A stretch of 63,823 nt of DNA, filler included, from Reticulomyxa filosa (lineage: Eukaryota > Protista > Foraminifera), in the NCBI GenBank assembly GCA_000512085.1. It is 26 parts of 26 records of this genome, joined end to end, with 100 filler letters (N's around TTAATTAATTAA, not from the genome) between each part and the next. Parts side by side here need not be neighbours in the genome. Positions count along the whole stretch, not along the records: positions 10,756 to 11,957 come from ASPP01034503.1; positions 12,058 to 14,203 come from ASPP01028724.1; positions 14,304 to 16,019 come from ASPP01011009.1; positions 16,120 to 19,499 come from ASPP01013060.1; positions 19,600 to 20,943 come from ASPP01024412.1; positions 21,044 to 22,201 come from ASPP01023333.1; positions 22,302 to 25,095 come from ASPP01001148.1; 19 more parts are not named here. One strand, written 5' to 3'. The notes under the pieces are model-generated. The model worked only from the letters and a program-made list of their open reading frames with translations. It was not told where the DNA came from and did not search any database. This document shows, piece by piece, positions 10,786 through 23,600 of the stretch (its first letter is position 1; each line of letters starts with the position of its first letter). A program made the translations under genes and the position numbers.

Positions 10786-11877
10786 GACATTTCCTACTTT
10801 CAATGTCAAATATTCAAACAAAGGCTGTTTACAAATGGTTTCAATGCAATGATGAATATAAGCACTGCTGTTTTTATATGTGAATTTTTTGGTTTCAATA
10901 ATGATAGAGTTGAACGAAGCATAGATGACATTTGCGCCCAATCTTTTCCAGCGAGCGATCAATTGGTAAAATACCTTCATCATCAAGCGATGGATCATTC
11001 GATGCAAAAGCGGATCATAAAATTTGCTGCTGGGACTTCGCAGCCATCGATAGAACTCCACCAAGCATCGATCCGCGAAGGGGTCCGGCTTTGCCCGCCA
11101 AGTTTACCCATTTCCGGACCAATTCTTTCAGGATACGAAACGCGCCGGAACATGAGGACGCATCATCCATTTGGAAGCTGCTTTTTTGATAGGAGATTTG
11201 ATCGAGTTCGTCCTAATAATGTTATATATTAAGTTTGAAATATAGGTATAGCCCCTCTCTCTTTCTCTCTTTCTCTTTTGTGTTGCATATAGGTTATGAA
11301 CAAACTTCATCGAGGTCCTCTGCAGCAGCGTTATCAACAGTGTCGTCAGAGTCAATATTAGGCACAAATTCGGGTGCGTCTTGCTGCTGTGCGTCCAATT
11401 CAATGGATTGAATGTGTTCGGATTGAACAATGGTGTTGATGGCCAGATAGCCGATGTGAAGTTCCACGCAAATACTCCAATATGCACCCGGCGCATTAAT
11501 GATTGGATTCGAATGTTCGTTTTCATACAAATTGTCGTCTTCCTCCAATCCGCCCAAGTCTGAACGATTACCCTCGCTGGTCCACCACACAAACTTATAA
11601 TCCGTCAAATTTCGGGAAAAGAACACATCCGTAATGGATATCCACGTGTCGGAGGGGATGTTCCCAATGGGGACATGACCATAGCGAGACCACTCTTTGT
11701 ATATCTCGAGTTCGGCGGGGATATATCCAGATAGCGTGACGCCATACGTTTCGATGAATACGAATACCATTGCAATGCGGGATATTCATTGTCATTGTCT
11801 GGCAATGGGAACGTGACTACGGGAAAAGAGTCACGTAATACTGGTATGCGATGATACAATTCACTCAATTCCACCGC
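10786..11877 (-). CDS. POLE: DNA polymerase epsilon catalytic subunit, C-terminal region, internal fragment
   Basis: SRYGHVPIGN..DVFFSR, FYRWLRSPSS..YDP.LHR, RLGANVIYASF. Intron about 11305-11218. One frameshift near 11720. Confidence 0.93.
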
Positions 11878-12898
11878 ACTCTTTTATATACATATATATG
11901 TATATAAATATAAATATATATGTATATAAATATAAATATAAATATAAATATAAATATNNNNNNNNNNNNNNNNNNNNNNNNNNNNNNNNNNNNNNNNNNN
12001 NTTAATTAATTAANNNNNNNNNNNNNNNNNNNNNNNNNNNNNNNNNNNNNNNNNNNNCTTTTTTCTGTGCAACCGTTGTGAATATGCCTTTATGGTTTGA
12101 ATTTCAACAGTTTACGCAAAGAAGAAAAAAAGACTTCACGCATACATATACTTTTTTAGGTTCATTATTTTCTTTTTCTTTAACTAAAAATACGCTCGTA
12201 CACAAAAGCTCTGAACGTGTTGAAAGAAAGGCGCACAACCTGTCCATAAGCAAATGATTAATTTTAAAAAATTAGTTTGATTTTCTTTAATGTGATATTT
12301 TAGAAATTTTGTAATCTGAGCAATGTTCAATTGTAAAAAAAATAGTTTTAATCATAATAGAGAAAGAGTTTTTTATCAATCGACAAAAAAAAATGTAATT
12401 TGTGTTCGCAAGTGTTCCAAATTGGAAGTAATTTGAACAAAGTTTGGTTCTTCAGTCTCGTCCAAAGCTTTAAAGTTGGTAGTATTTTCGGTGGTTTGAT
12501 CTTTTATGCATAACAGAAGATATTTAGAAAAATATTTACTTATAAAACCGTAAAATATAACAAAGATAATAAAGAAAAGTTTACTGTATTAATTTTGAAA
12601 GAAAATAATTTTAAAATTAATAAATTTTGATAATTTTTGATCATTCAAAATAATGAAAATAAAGTGATAGTGTTTAGTTATTGTTAACGCATTAGAGAAC
12701 AAGATAACATTTCAAAAAATTTTAAAGAAACACTCGCCAAGCACTTTACAAAAAAAAAAAAATCTTTTCCCTCATTGTATTTGACATCTGAGATGTTCCA
12801 ATCAGGAAAATTTTATGGATCTGAGCCATTCAATCTATAAAAAATTGTGCTTCGACTAATAGTACTGCAATCATTATTTTATCTCTTCACCTCTATGT

Positions 12899-12973
12899 TT
12901 TTGGTGTCTGGTATTTTATACATTGCAGATATTGCTGCTTGTTGGATTTTTGACAGGTTGAGCAATTCCAATC
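12899..12973 (-). pseudogene. Degenerate RanBP2-type zinc finger remnant
   Basis: DWNCSTCQKSNKQQYLQCIKYQTPK fits W-x-C-x2-C-x3-N-x6-C-x2-C with the last Cys replaced by Tyr. Flanked by stops. Confidence 0.55.
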
Positions 12974-13266
12974 ATCAGTTTGAACTTTTTGAAAAACATT
13001 TTCTTTGATATCTTTCTCTTGGTTAGTTAACATGTCCAAGTTTTTTTATGATTCTTGTTGGGCTTTTTAACAGGCTTTACCTTGTTTTTTTATCATTTCG
13101 TTAATATAAAAATCATTAAATATTCTGCAAAATTAATGATATTTTATTTTCCAATAAAATTGGTAATTTATTATAAATTGAATCTTTGGTTATGTACATT
13201 AAGTCAATTCCAACAAAGTTTCCCTTTATTTTCATATATAATCATTTAATCAATCAAAAGATTGAT

Positions 13267-14203
13267 ATGAATTGTATCATTAAGAATAAGTTACAAGTGT
13301 ATTTTTATTACGACATAGCTCTCAAACATAAAAGTAAATGTAAACACAGAATATCATTGAATCAACAAAATTGTTTAATGGTATTATTAGAAACATTTGG
13401 TAATCGAATTGACAAGGCAAATATTAATGACATGTGGTTTCAATGTAATCAAATCTTTGCGAAAGTACGATTCGAGTTGAAAGAGAAATGTTCCAATGTA
13501 GATCTCAATAAGTTTACAAAAGATATATAATTTCTCCTTGACTTGTCCTGTATTTTCATACTTGTTTAATTGAATGAACTTTTGATAGATTGGAGGAAAA
13601 GCACGAATTGAAAATTGAAAGGGAAATGTGTTTGCATGTATTGTGGAATCTCTTATATAAACCGAAGAGTACCAAGTATCATCAAATCGGCAATGATACT
13701 TTAATTGACAACTTGAAACATAAATATAATCAATCTGACGCTGATCTTATGAAAATGTCAAAGAATATGGAACAGCACTTTGATACATTTGGATTTCAAA
13801 AACAGGAAGATAAAAATTGGATTTGTGAAAAATATGACCAATTTGTGTGACTTTGGAAATATTATCGCAAATGGATCTCTTCATATATGTATATATATTT
13901 TTGTCAATTTAGGATGCAATCTGATTTGAAGAATAAGAAATGGAAATGGAAATAATATAAAATTCTCTTTGATTATGAATATCGAAGAATTATGTTGCTA
14001 AATATAAATAAAGGAAATGAAGAACAAAAATATAAAGTTGAATCATTGCAAATTGGAAATCCAAAGAAATCAGTAATTGAATTCAATGTTGACATTCAAT
14101 GGAACAATGATTTCTTGGAAGTTGAAACACTGAAACCAAATGTTATAATTCTCATTCTAATTCTCAATAATTTTTGGCATTTTTGCATGTTTACCAATTC
14201 TTT
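13267..14203 (+). pseudogene. PUB-domain-like lineage-expanded protein, disrupted
   Basis: CLHVLWNLLYKPKSTKYHQI...FGFQK..NW matches the PUB pattern NxxxxPxxxKYRxI...GF. In-frame TGA at 13848. Confidence 0.6.
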
Positions 14204-14485
14204 NNNNNNNNNNNNNNNNNNNNNNNNNNNNNNNNNNNNNNNNNNNNTTAATTAATTAANNNNNNNNNNNNNNNNNNNNNNNNNNNNNNNNNNNNNNNNN
14301 NNNGGGGATACGCTGACGTCATACTTTGTTGTTGTTGATTTAGGCATGCGCACTATTACATAATCACTTTGTGTGTGTGTGTGTGTGTGTGTTATAAACC
14401 GACTCGATTGAACTATAATAATTTTAATTTTTTTTTTTCTCCCTCCCCCCTTTTCTCCTACGTATAATAAATGTATTCTCCTCAG

Positions 14486-15999
14486 CTGGATCAGAAGGTG
14501 AATCTGCGTTCACCCCAGAGTTTGTGAGAAAAGTAGACAAGGCGACTCTGATGGCGAGAAGACTGGAGGCAGGATGCATAAACAACGGGCTGTCGCAATT
14601 GCAAGTGGTGTTCAACGAACTGCGGGTGAAAGGGAAGCTGTCGAAAGTGCAAGGGACAGGTCTTCGTCGCATTCTGCATGCATATATCAATGCGCAGTGT
14701 GTGATATCGGTGCTGTTTACATTGTCCCCTTCCGAAAACAATGCCACCAGCACGGCGAGCACGCTGAAGTTTGCCGTTCAAGCGGGCATGGTGAAAGTGA
14801 AGCCCGTCAAGTCCAAGGTCGAAGTCAACTACAAACAGTTGGTGGACCAGCTCAAAGAGCACATCGAAGAGCAGAAGCAACTCATCGAAAAGCTCAACGA
14901 CACCATCGAAGAAATGAGAGACAAATACGAGGACATGCGATTGGAACACGAACGTCTCATTAACGCCGCCAAAGATGCAAACAACAAGCCCAGTCCACAT
15001 GCGCTCGAAGTCAAGCCAAATGCTTTCGCACATCGACAAACCATTACAAGAAGACAAGAGACTGTCATGAATGAAGGATTACTTAACAATTTGGAAGTTA
15101 TATATGCATATATATATATATATGTATGTATATAACTTCCAAATTGTTCTTTATTATTTTGTTAACAGCTGTTTGAAGCACAAAACAAAGACGATGATGA
15201 AACAACCGAAGATACCAATGGCGTGTTAGTCTGTCCCATGGACGAAGCAGAGGTTGATAAGAAAATCGTTGATCACAGTCGTGCAAGATCTATGATGGAT
15301 TCCAACTTGGTGTCAATGCATTTGAATCTTAGCAAACTCAAACTCGATATCCCCGACGATGAGTTGGACGAGGAAGCCGAAGAAGAGGTCCCCATCAAAA
15401 AAACGCATGTGGAAAACAAGCCTGGTTTCTTTCTTTTTGATTTTCTATTCTATTCTATTCTATTCTATATTCTCTATCTTATATCCTATATTTATATGCC
15501 TTTTTTTTTCTTCTATCGACCTCTCTCCTCACCCCCCCTCTGGAACACAGCTGTTTTGGTTTGTCATAAAACATACATCCATTGGCTACAATAATCAGCC
15601 AAACTAGCTCCTACTCAAAATACTGTTGAAGTCGCGTCCAAAAATCGCTTCGCGGTGGCGCTGGCTGTGCCTGGGACAAATACAAAAGAAGTTGATATTC
15701 AACAAATTAAAAGTTCAGTTGAAATTCAAAAAGCCCTTCCCGACACAAACACGGACGAAAAAAAAGCCGAGTCTACCATGGAATTAATTGGCATGGCCGG
15801 CGTGCAATTTCGGCATGCAGACACATCCAAAATGAACAGAGAAGAACTGCTGGACTATTGTGATGCTATGGAGACTCAAATCATTGAGGAAAGAGCTTTG
15901 CGAGGATCTTTAGAACAATCACAAAAAGTCATCATTGATCATTTGATGGAAACAAATGAAGGATTGTTGCGATGGTTCCAAATGAAAAAGATATTGTAA
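14486..15999 (+). CDS. Divergent kinesin: end of motor domain, neck coil and tail (5' partial, multi-exon)
   Basis: AGSE (switch II), EAGCINNGLSQL (helix 4), TLSPS..N..ST.STLKFA (helix 6), then coiled coil. Introns at about 15097-15168 and 15425-15597. Confidence 0.88.
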
Positions 16000-16119
16000 A
16001 AAATTTGCTTTTTTTTTCCNNNNNNNNNNNNNNNNNNNNNNNNNNNNNNNNNNNNNNNNNNNNTTAATTAATTAANNNNNNNNNNNNNNNNNNNNNNNNN
16101 NNNNNNNNNNNNNNNNNNN

Positions 16120-17389
16120 CTTGAATTTCACAAGAAATGATTGCTTGTTCACATTTTAATCCTTCCCACGCAAGATGTGACAAATAATCAATTTCCATTT
16201 CAAAAATATTAAACATATTTTGTTCATTTGTTTTGTTCTTTGTTCCATTTGATTTTATCCAATTCCATTTCATATAACATTCCAACAATTTCTCATACAA
16301 TGTTGAAATTGATATATCATTTAATTCATCAAATATTTTGACTTTCATTTGATCTTTTTTCATTTCATTCATTTCTTGTCTTGCAAGATAACAAAATAAA
16401 CTCAAATACAATGGAGTGCGACTTAATAATTGCAAACTTGGATTATTGTTCAATGTTTTTATCAATACGTCTGCTTGACGATTATTGTCATTATCTGCAA
16501 TGTTTTGAAAATATCCATACACATAATTTTGAATATCTTGTCTTTGAAATCCAATTATATCGAATCTTCTTAATTTATTATCCAAATATGAACATATTGC
16601 ATTAGGACGACTTGTCATAAGTATAGAATAATTTGAATGTACAACACAGTGTTGCAGCCATTGTTTCAAACCTGGCTTTGTATCTAATTCATTTGCAATT
16701 TCATCAAATCCATCCAATACCAATAACAATCTATTTTCTGCATTCATTATGCATTTTATGTCATTTATATTCCATTGTGGAACAGCCAACTCTTTCATTA
16801 TCTTTGACCATTGCATCTCAATATTGTCATCATCATTTTCGTCCATGTTTTTTTCAAGAATATTTGCAACTTTCCTCAAAGGAATGTACAACAATAATTG
16901 AAATCTATCATTCCACATTTGTTTGCTTGCCCATAGATATGCAATGTTCTGAACCAATACACTTTTTCCAGTTTTTGTTTCACCATGGATACTAATGTGA
17001 CGAACTTCTAATTCATCCTCTTCTTCTTCTTCTTCTTCTTCTTCTTCTTCTTCTTCTTCTTTTTCTTCATCTTCTTCTTCATCCTTCTCTTCTTTTTTCT
17101 TTTCAACTTTTTTATCCTCAGCGTCTCCTGCTTTTTTTACTTCCCAAATATCTTCTAATTCTGTTATCTTTTGTTGAGTATAAATCAATGAATAATTCAT
17201 TGTATTTGGCCATTTTTCATTTTCTTTATTATTTTCGTTGCTTCTTTTTCGGACTAGTCGAACATAACAATTGACAGTTGCTTGTGGGGTGTTGTCAAAT
17301 AACGGAGTTTGTTTGTTTTGAGAGTAGTAATGCTCTTTCAATTTTTTTTTTGCATTTCCAAAAAGACAACCCTTATCCATTTTTGCCAA
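16120..17389 (-). CDS. NACHT NTPase domain protein (3' partial)
   Basis: Walker A GETKTGKS, Walker B LLLVLDGFDEI, ILMTSRP, IIGF, LSRTPLYL, YLSHLAWEGL. Poly-Glu tract before Walker A. Confidence 0.9.
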
Positions 17390-18501
17390 GAGAAAGTAAA
17401 AACTTTTTTTCCTCGGATTTTGAGTTTTTAAATCTAATCTGAAGTTTTTTTTAAATCTGGTTTTGGAGTCTTTTTTTAAATGTGAGTTTCTTAAAAAAAA
17501 AAACTGAAATGCATTTTGTTATCTGTAGTGAAATATGATTTTTATTTTTTTTTTTATTGCAAAATTTATTTTGAATTTTTTTTTTGCACTCACAAAAACA
17601 AAAATCTATACTTTAAAATAGCGTTTGTGTGACTGTTTTTTTGAATAATTTTTCTAGGTGCAATTTTAGTATATCATGACTTTTGTAACTACGTGTATAC
17701 GTACGTATACAAATATTCCTTTTTGGTAGTGAAAGAATCTGTTCAAAAAAAAGGAAAGACATGTGTAAAAAAAAAACTTTGACTACTTTTTATCAGCCAA
17801 CTAAACTCGGGAAAAAATTTTGAATTGCTTTCATTGCTTTTCTGCTTTCTTCAATTCTATTTATTATTGCTTGTATACCACAAATCCCTGCTATAGCTGG
17901 GCTTTATCTTTTTTTTTTTTTTTTTAACCACCCAACAATATGCATGTTGGTCTTCACTGTAAAAAAAAAAGTTTTTTTTGTGACCTCAAGAAACTGGATT
18001 GGGCTGGAACTGTTGGAATGGTACGTGGCTACTCACGCTTGCAGGCTGAGTTATCGAAGTCATCCCTTGACTCTAATTTTTTTTTTTGGGATCTTTCCAC
18101 AAGAATATAGAATTAAACATTTCATAAAAACTGGGGAATCAATAAAAAAAAAATGGCCTCGAACTGAAAACATGAAAAGTAAGGCTCTAACAATCAGACA
18201 AGCACTCCACCTTTTTCTCTCCCTCCCCTTCGTCGCACTAATTATTCTCAAAAAAAAAAAAAAAAAAATAAGCATTTCGCACACATGGAGACAGAATTTA
18301 GTGAAATGATAAGAAGAGCCACAAGCCAAAGGACGAAAGCAAAAAAAAAAAAAAACAGAGGAAAAACAACACACACACACACACACACATAGCAACAAAA
18401 AAACATATCAAGGATTAGAGAGAATTAAAAAAAAGGACTCATTGCATTATCACAGATAAATAAACCATCAAAAAAATAAAATGAAAGAGAAAGGAATAAA
18501 A

Positions 18502-19499
18502 TCACTGTATACATTGATAATCGCAATGACTAATTTTGCTACAACAGCAAACAGCAAGAAAATAAGAGTAATTGGCGGGAATGTTTTTGATAACACCAAC
18601 CAAGACATGGTTAACAAAGAAAGTGATTTCCTTGTTGTCGCAATCCAATAATAGGACAATGATGTCTCCATTTTTCCATTTGATCTCAGTGAAGTGATGT
18701 GAATGTGAATGTGAATGTGAATGTTGAATTGCAACTTGTTTTTTCTTAGCCATGTCTGTGATTTGCATTTGTGCCTCCTTGTAATCATCAACTCCTTTTT
18801 CATAACACTCGTCATCCATATAACAGCGTCGATAGTTCTCAAAACCATTGTAATGATACAACTTGCCATTGCTCATCAAATAATACGACAATCCAATGTC
18901 CGGACATTGGCTCAAGTGCAAGGACTTGCCATTGGGCATGTCCACACATTTGGGGTTGGTGAGAAACCCGATTTGATTCGACAAATTCGGACACTTTACG
19001 CGACACTTAATTTTGAACAAGTGCTTGCCCGTGTCGAATCCATCGCGCAAAATGCAGAGATTGCCAAGTCGGCTGCAGTGCAAGCTTGTGCCGTCGTCAC
19101 TGCCGCGAATCCGTCGGTTTTGGTCGGACAGATCGAGGTCGTATTTATTTGCAAAATAAGCAAATGAGCAGAGTGTCGCGGGAGTTTGTAGCTATATATA
19201 TATATATACAAATATATATGTATATATTATTTGTATATATATCTACATATTCGTATATATATTTGTATATTCGTATATATATCTACATATTTGTATATAT
19301 TCCCACTGTCAATTGACTGACCTTGTTTTGCCACCGTCTACTCAACAAACGCAAGCTCGAGGAAGTGTAATCGATGAGCGTGGAGTTGTTTCTGACAAAG
19401 TCGTCTCTTTCCTCGTGTTTGTGGTTGTTTGGGCTATGATTGTCATCACAACGACTATTATTATTATTAATATTATTAATATTATTATTATTATTATTA
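18502..19499 (-). CDS. SPRY/B30.2 domain protein with upstream F-box-like motif (5' partial; intron about 19306-19192)
   Basis: GFDTGKHLFKIK, NQIGF, WKNGDIIVLLLDCDNKEITFFVN..YFLAV (SPRY). The upstream exon ends SLRLLSRRWQNKVSQLT. Confidence 0.8.
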
Positions 19500-20129
19500 N
19501 NNNNNNNNNNNNNNNNNNNNNNNNNNNNNNNNNNNNNNNNNNNTTAATTAATTAANNNNNNNNNNNNNNNNNNNNNNNNNNNNNNNNNNNNNNNNNNNNG
19601 ATACCATAATCAAGGCAGATAATTCCGGAAGGAGAGAGGAAAATTACACCAAAAAAAAAATAATAATTACACATCCTAAAATATGCAACGCGTAGTGGAA
19701 AAGACCAAATTAAAAATCATTCTTACTTACATCGTTTTTTACGCTTCGCTTGTCCTTGTGAAAAAATAATTTAGAATTATTACAATCCATCCAATTTTTA
19801 TTATTTTAAAAGATGATGTTATACCTTTTTTGATTGGAGTTATTTTACTGTGTTCGCTTTTGTTAAAAAAACTGAACGCTTACACTTAAAAAAAGGGTAC
19901 GTAACGACATATATTACTTTAATTTTTTTTGAAAAATGTTCTCGCAGCTTTCACTATCTTTTCTGAGGATAGAAAAAGAGATACTGTCGAAGATTTGTGA
20001 TTTGCAATGAGGACTTGAACGAAGCAAATGAGCTTCTTAACTTTGTCACTGATAACCAGTTACAAAACAATGTGTGAACACTTTTCCTAAATAACAGTGA
20101 TTACAACTGTGTTATGGTGTTAGGACATC

Positions 20130-20662
20130 TATTGAGCAACAAAGAAAGTTATTAACATTACTTGGAAGATTTTAGTGCACATATCGACAAAGAGATAATT
20201 TTAAAAAATTAGGTGAGATATGGGCAAATGTATACTTGCTATGCTCGAATTAAATAAAATTTGTAAGGCCAATACCAAAAAGTTAGGCATTTGTGAAAAT
20301 GTACGTTGAATGTTGAGATATCGTTACAAAGTTGTTTGTGAATTGCAACGTGCATAGAATTGAGAAAAGTGATGAAACCAAAATAATAAAGGGCTTGTGT
20401 TTGCATGTGCTGTGGAATCTTTTAAGTAATCCCAAAAAGATGAAATATCGATAAATGAGCAATAGTTTATTATTTCGAAACGTAAAAAGCAAATGCAAAG
20501 AAATGAAAGTAGAAATGGATTCAGTGCTGGAAATAATACGTCACTTAGTTGAAAGAATTTGGACTTCAATACAAAATCGATGGAAATTGGTATTGTCGTG
20601 ACAGCGTTCCACCATTGTTGTTATGGCAACATTATTGCAAGTGGATTAAAAAGCAATTAATG
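20130..20662 (+). pseudogene. Second PUB-domain-like family member, disrupted
   Basis: CLHVLWNLLSNPKKMKYR*M...KEFGLQYKIDGNWYC...LWQHYCKW, paralogous to 13590-13880. Stop at 20452 and a frameshift near 20545. Confidence 0.6.
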
Positions 20663-23600
20663 TTGTGTATTTTGCATTTCAATTACCATTTAATTTTTCA
20701 AAATCCGTCGAATGATATTTGTTGTATTGTTGTTGATTGCAAATAGATACAAAACAAATCGTTGTTATATTGTGGAAAATCCTGTAGTGCCGAATTCAGC
20801 TATGACCAAATGGATTTAAAGCATAACATGTGGACAGCTATTTGCAAAGTGTTATTACGATATTATCCAAACACGAAAGACGAGAAGAAAGCAGCATGGA
20901 CTTGTATTGTGAGCTAAAAGGAGTGAAATTTGAAAATATTAATNNNNNNNNNNNNNNNNNNNNNNNNNNNNNNNNNNNNNNNNNNNNTTAATTAATTAAN
21001 NNNNNNNNNNNNNNNNNNNNNNNNNNNNNNNNNNNNNNNNNNNATTACAGATAAAAAAATAAAAAAAATGGAACTAACCCCTTTTTAAGGGCCACTTTTT
21101 TGTTGAAGAAAAAGAATTGATTTGAAAATAAAATAAAATGTAATTTGTGCAAATGGTGGGTTATTACAAGATATATTCTTTTCGCAAATTCCTTGACATG
21201 AACAAGAACACATTATCTCGGTAATTCCTTGCACAAAACTAATACCAAATGGAAGTAAAAAAGGCCCAATGTCAATCACACGTCCTTGTTTTTATCTATT
21301 ATTAAAAACTCCACAGCTCTTGTTTAAGGAGTTCTATTCGTAATTGCTTATCATTATCACAGTTTGTATGTTTGAGTTTTTCTTTTTCTTTTCCTTTTTT
21401 TTTTTCATAACTTTTCTCTATCATTGTTATAGTGCATGTTGACAATTTTTCCACTTTTATCATTGTTGTTTGGTTGCAATTCTTTTCGAGTTCTTTACAC
21501 GTAGATATATTCCTTTAAATAATGCTCCCCTCACTCCGAACGGTAGATTATAACTATCTTATGCGTTCATTTTGACGTTCGAAGATCACAATAATATGAA
21601 AATCAATAATGTCATTCCTTTTTTTTAATGCTTTTGTTCTTTCAATTTACCAAATTCATATTCTTTATACCTTTAGATGCATCCCATATTCGTCCGTTTC
21701 AACTAACTTGCGCAGTGTGAAAAAGAATCAGTACATTGAATTTACAACAACTCTTGCCAAGTAAAAGACGGACAAAACTTTGTTTTGAACAAAAAATATA
21801 ATTCAATTGATATGCACCATTTGATCAAATACTTTTGTATTCTCTTTGCAAATTGTTTTTCTTTAATAAATATTTTTAAGGAATAACATAGTCTCCTTCA
21901 AAATGAAATAAACAAAATACAACAACTGAATTATGCAAATATAAACTATCAATGAAAAATAAAGTGCTTTTCACTAAATATTTCACATATTTCGCTGTCA
22001 TCGCATCAAAATTAAACAAAATCAAAAAAAAATCTTTTACTTTTTCCAAGATATCTGTTTTTTTTTGTGTTATCCCCAAATACGAATGGGACCTTTATAT
22101 GAACCATAACACAATTGACATTGCAAACACTGTCATCAGTTTTTTTGCTTACATTTTCTTTATTCTTCAATGGTAAAAATTTAAGAGACACTATTCCACC
22201 ANNNNNNNNNNNNNNNNNNNNNNNNNNNNNNNNNNNNNNNNNNNNTTAATTAATTAANNNNNNNNNNNNNNNNNNNNNNNNNNNNNNNNNNNNNNNNNNN
22301 NTTTTATTTGACCCAATTCAAGGTAAAACAATACTGGAAGAGAAAAAAAAGGACAAAAGTTTCTTTATTTTTTTGTTTATTTATTTGCATTATTGAAATA
22401 AATTACCACATAATTGATCAATGTACGCAATTATAAAATATGCAGCATCACAGAAGAACCTGAATAAAAAAACTGTTAACACGTCAAGAGTTTGCGTCGA
22501 CATTAACAACTTCATTTGGGACATCACTGTTGCCAACGACATTACAGTCCAATCTTCTTTAAGCCACAGACCAGGTACCTACTTTTTGAAACAGTCAAAA
22601 TGCATCAGATATCTGTGAGCTCAGCGCAAATGCACAGAAACTTGAGTCACAACAAGACAAAAAGGATAACGATGCCGATGGAAATGAATCTGAAGCGTGT
22701 CTTTGGAATCAGTCAATGGCATCGAAGTGTCCAAAGAATCATCTATGTCAGATAATGATGCCTCAGCTGCTCAACCAACATTGACTGCCATTGTCCCAAA
22801 GACTGCTGCAATCAAATCCAAAGAAAGAAGAAGAAACTTTATATGCTATTTCTTTGCCTTTTATTCTCTGTAATATAACCATAATAACAGTAATGACAAT
22901 GAGATGTCAACACAAACATATGCACACTGCAATCATTAGCATTGTGGTTGCTACGTATATTTATTGATACATATAAAAGATTGCGACAAATGAAACCAAT
23001 GTCAAACAAGTGTAGCCACAAAACTTGAAATAATTCAAATGTTTGACATTGACTCATATCTATCTTCCAGGCTCGACGGAAAAATCATAAGTCACAGATG
23101 CCAAACCAAAAGAACAGTAAGTACAAAGTCCGGACGAACCCGCAAATCCGGTGCAGTTTTCGGAGACCAATGCTGCGTCCGCAAATTCGACTTCGAATGC
23201 AATCATGGATGTGGCCTGGAAACAAAGAAGACCTGGTTGAAAAGAGACAAAGACCAGCTCAAAAGCGAAACGCAAAAAATGACAAGCATATTTGAACTGG
23301 AAGAAGACACCAACAACAAGTATATACAATTCGATGAGCCAAAAGAGCTAGACAACAATAACAATATACTATATTTTACAATTGCACATAGTACATAATA
23401 TAAATGTATTGTAATTTTTTTAATGCAGCAACAAATATTAACAGTGCCTATTGGAAGACATGAAAGATTATTGTCGTTTTCAAGACATACTACTTCATCC
23501 AGCATCAACATCTTCCAAAAATATTTCAATTGTGTACAGCATTTGATTTCCGCGTTCAACATCTATATGTGGGTACATGCATTATTCAGTTGCTTTGAAA

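Noticed and set aside
20452-20454. Stop-codon reassignment (TAA where Gln is expected; TGA at 13848)
   Set aside because: Intact genes here end in TAA, TAG and TGA, the same regions also carry frameshifts, and single substitutions explain the stops.
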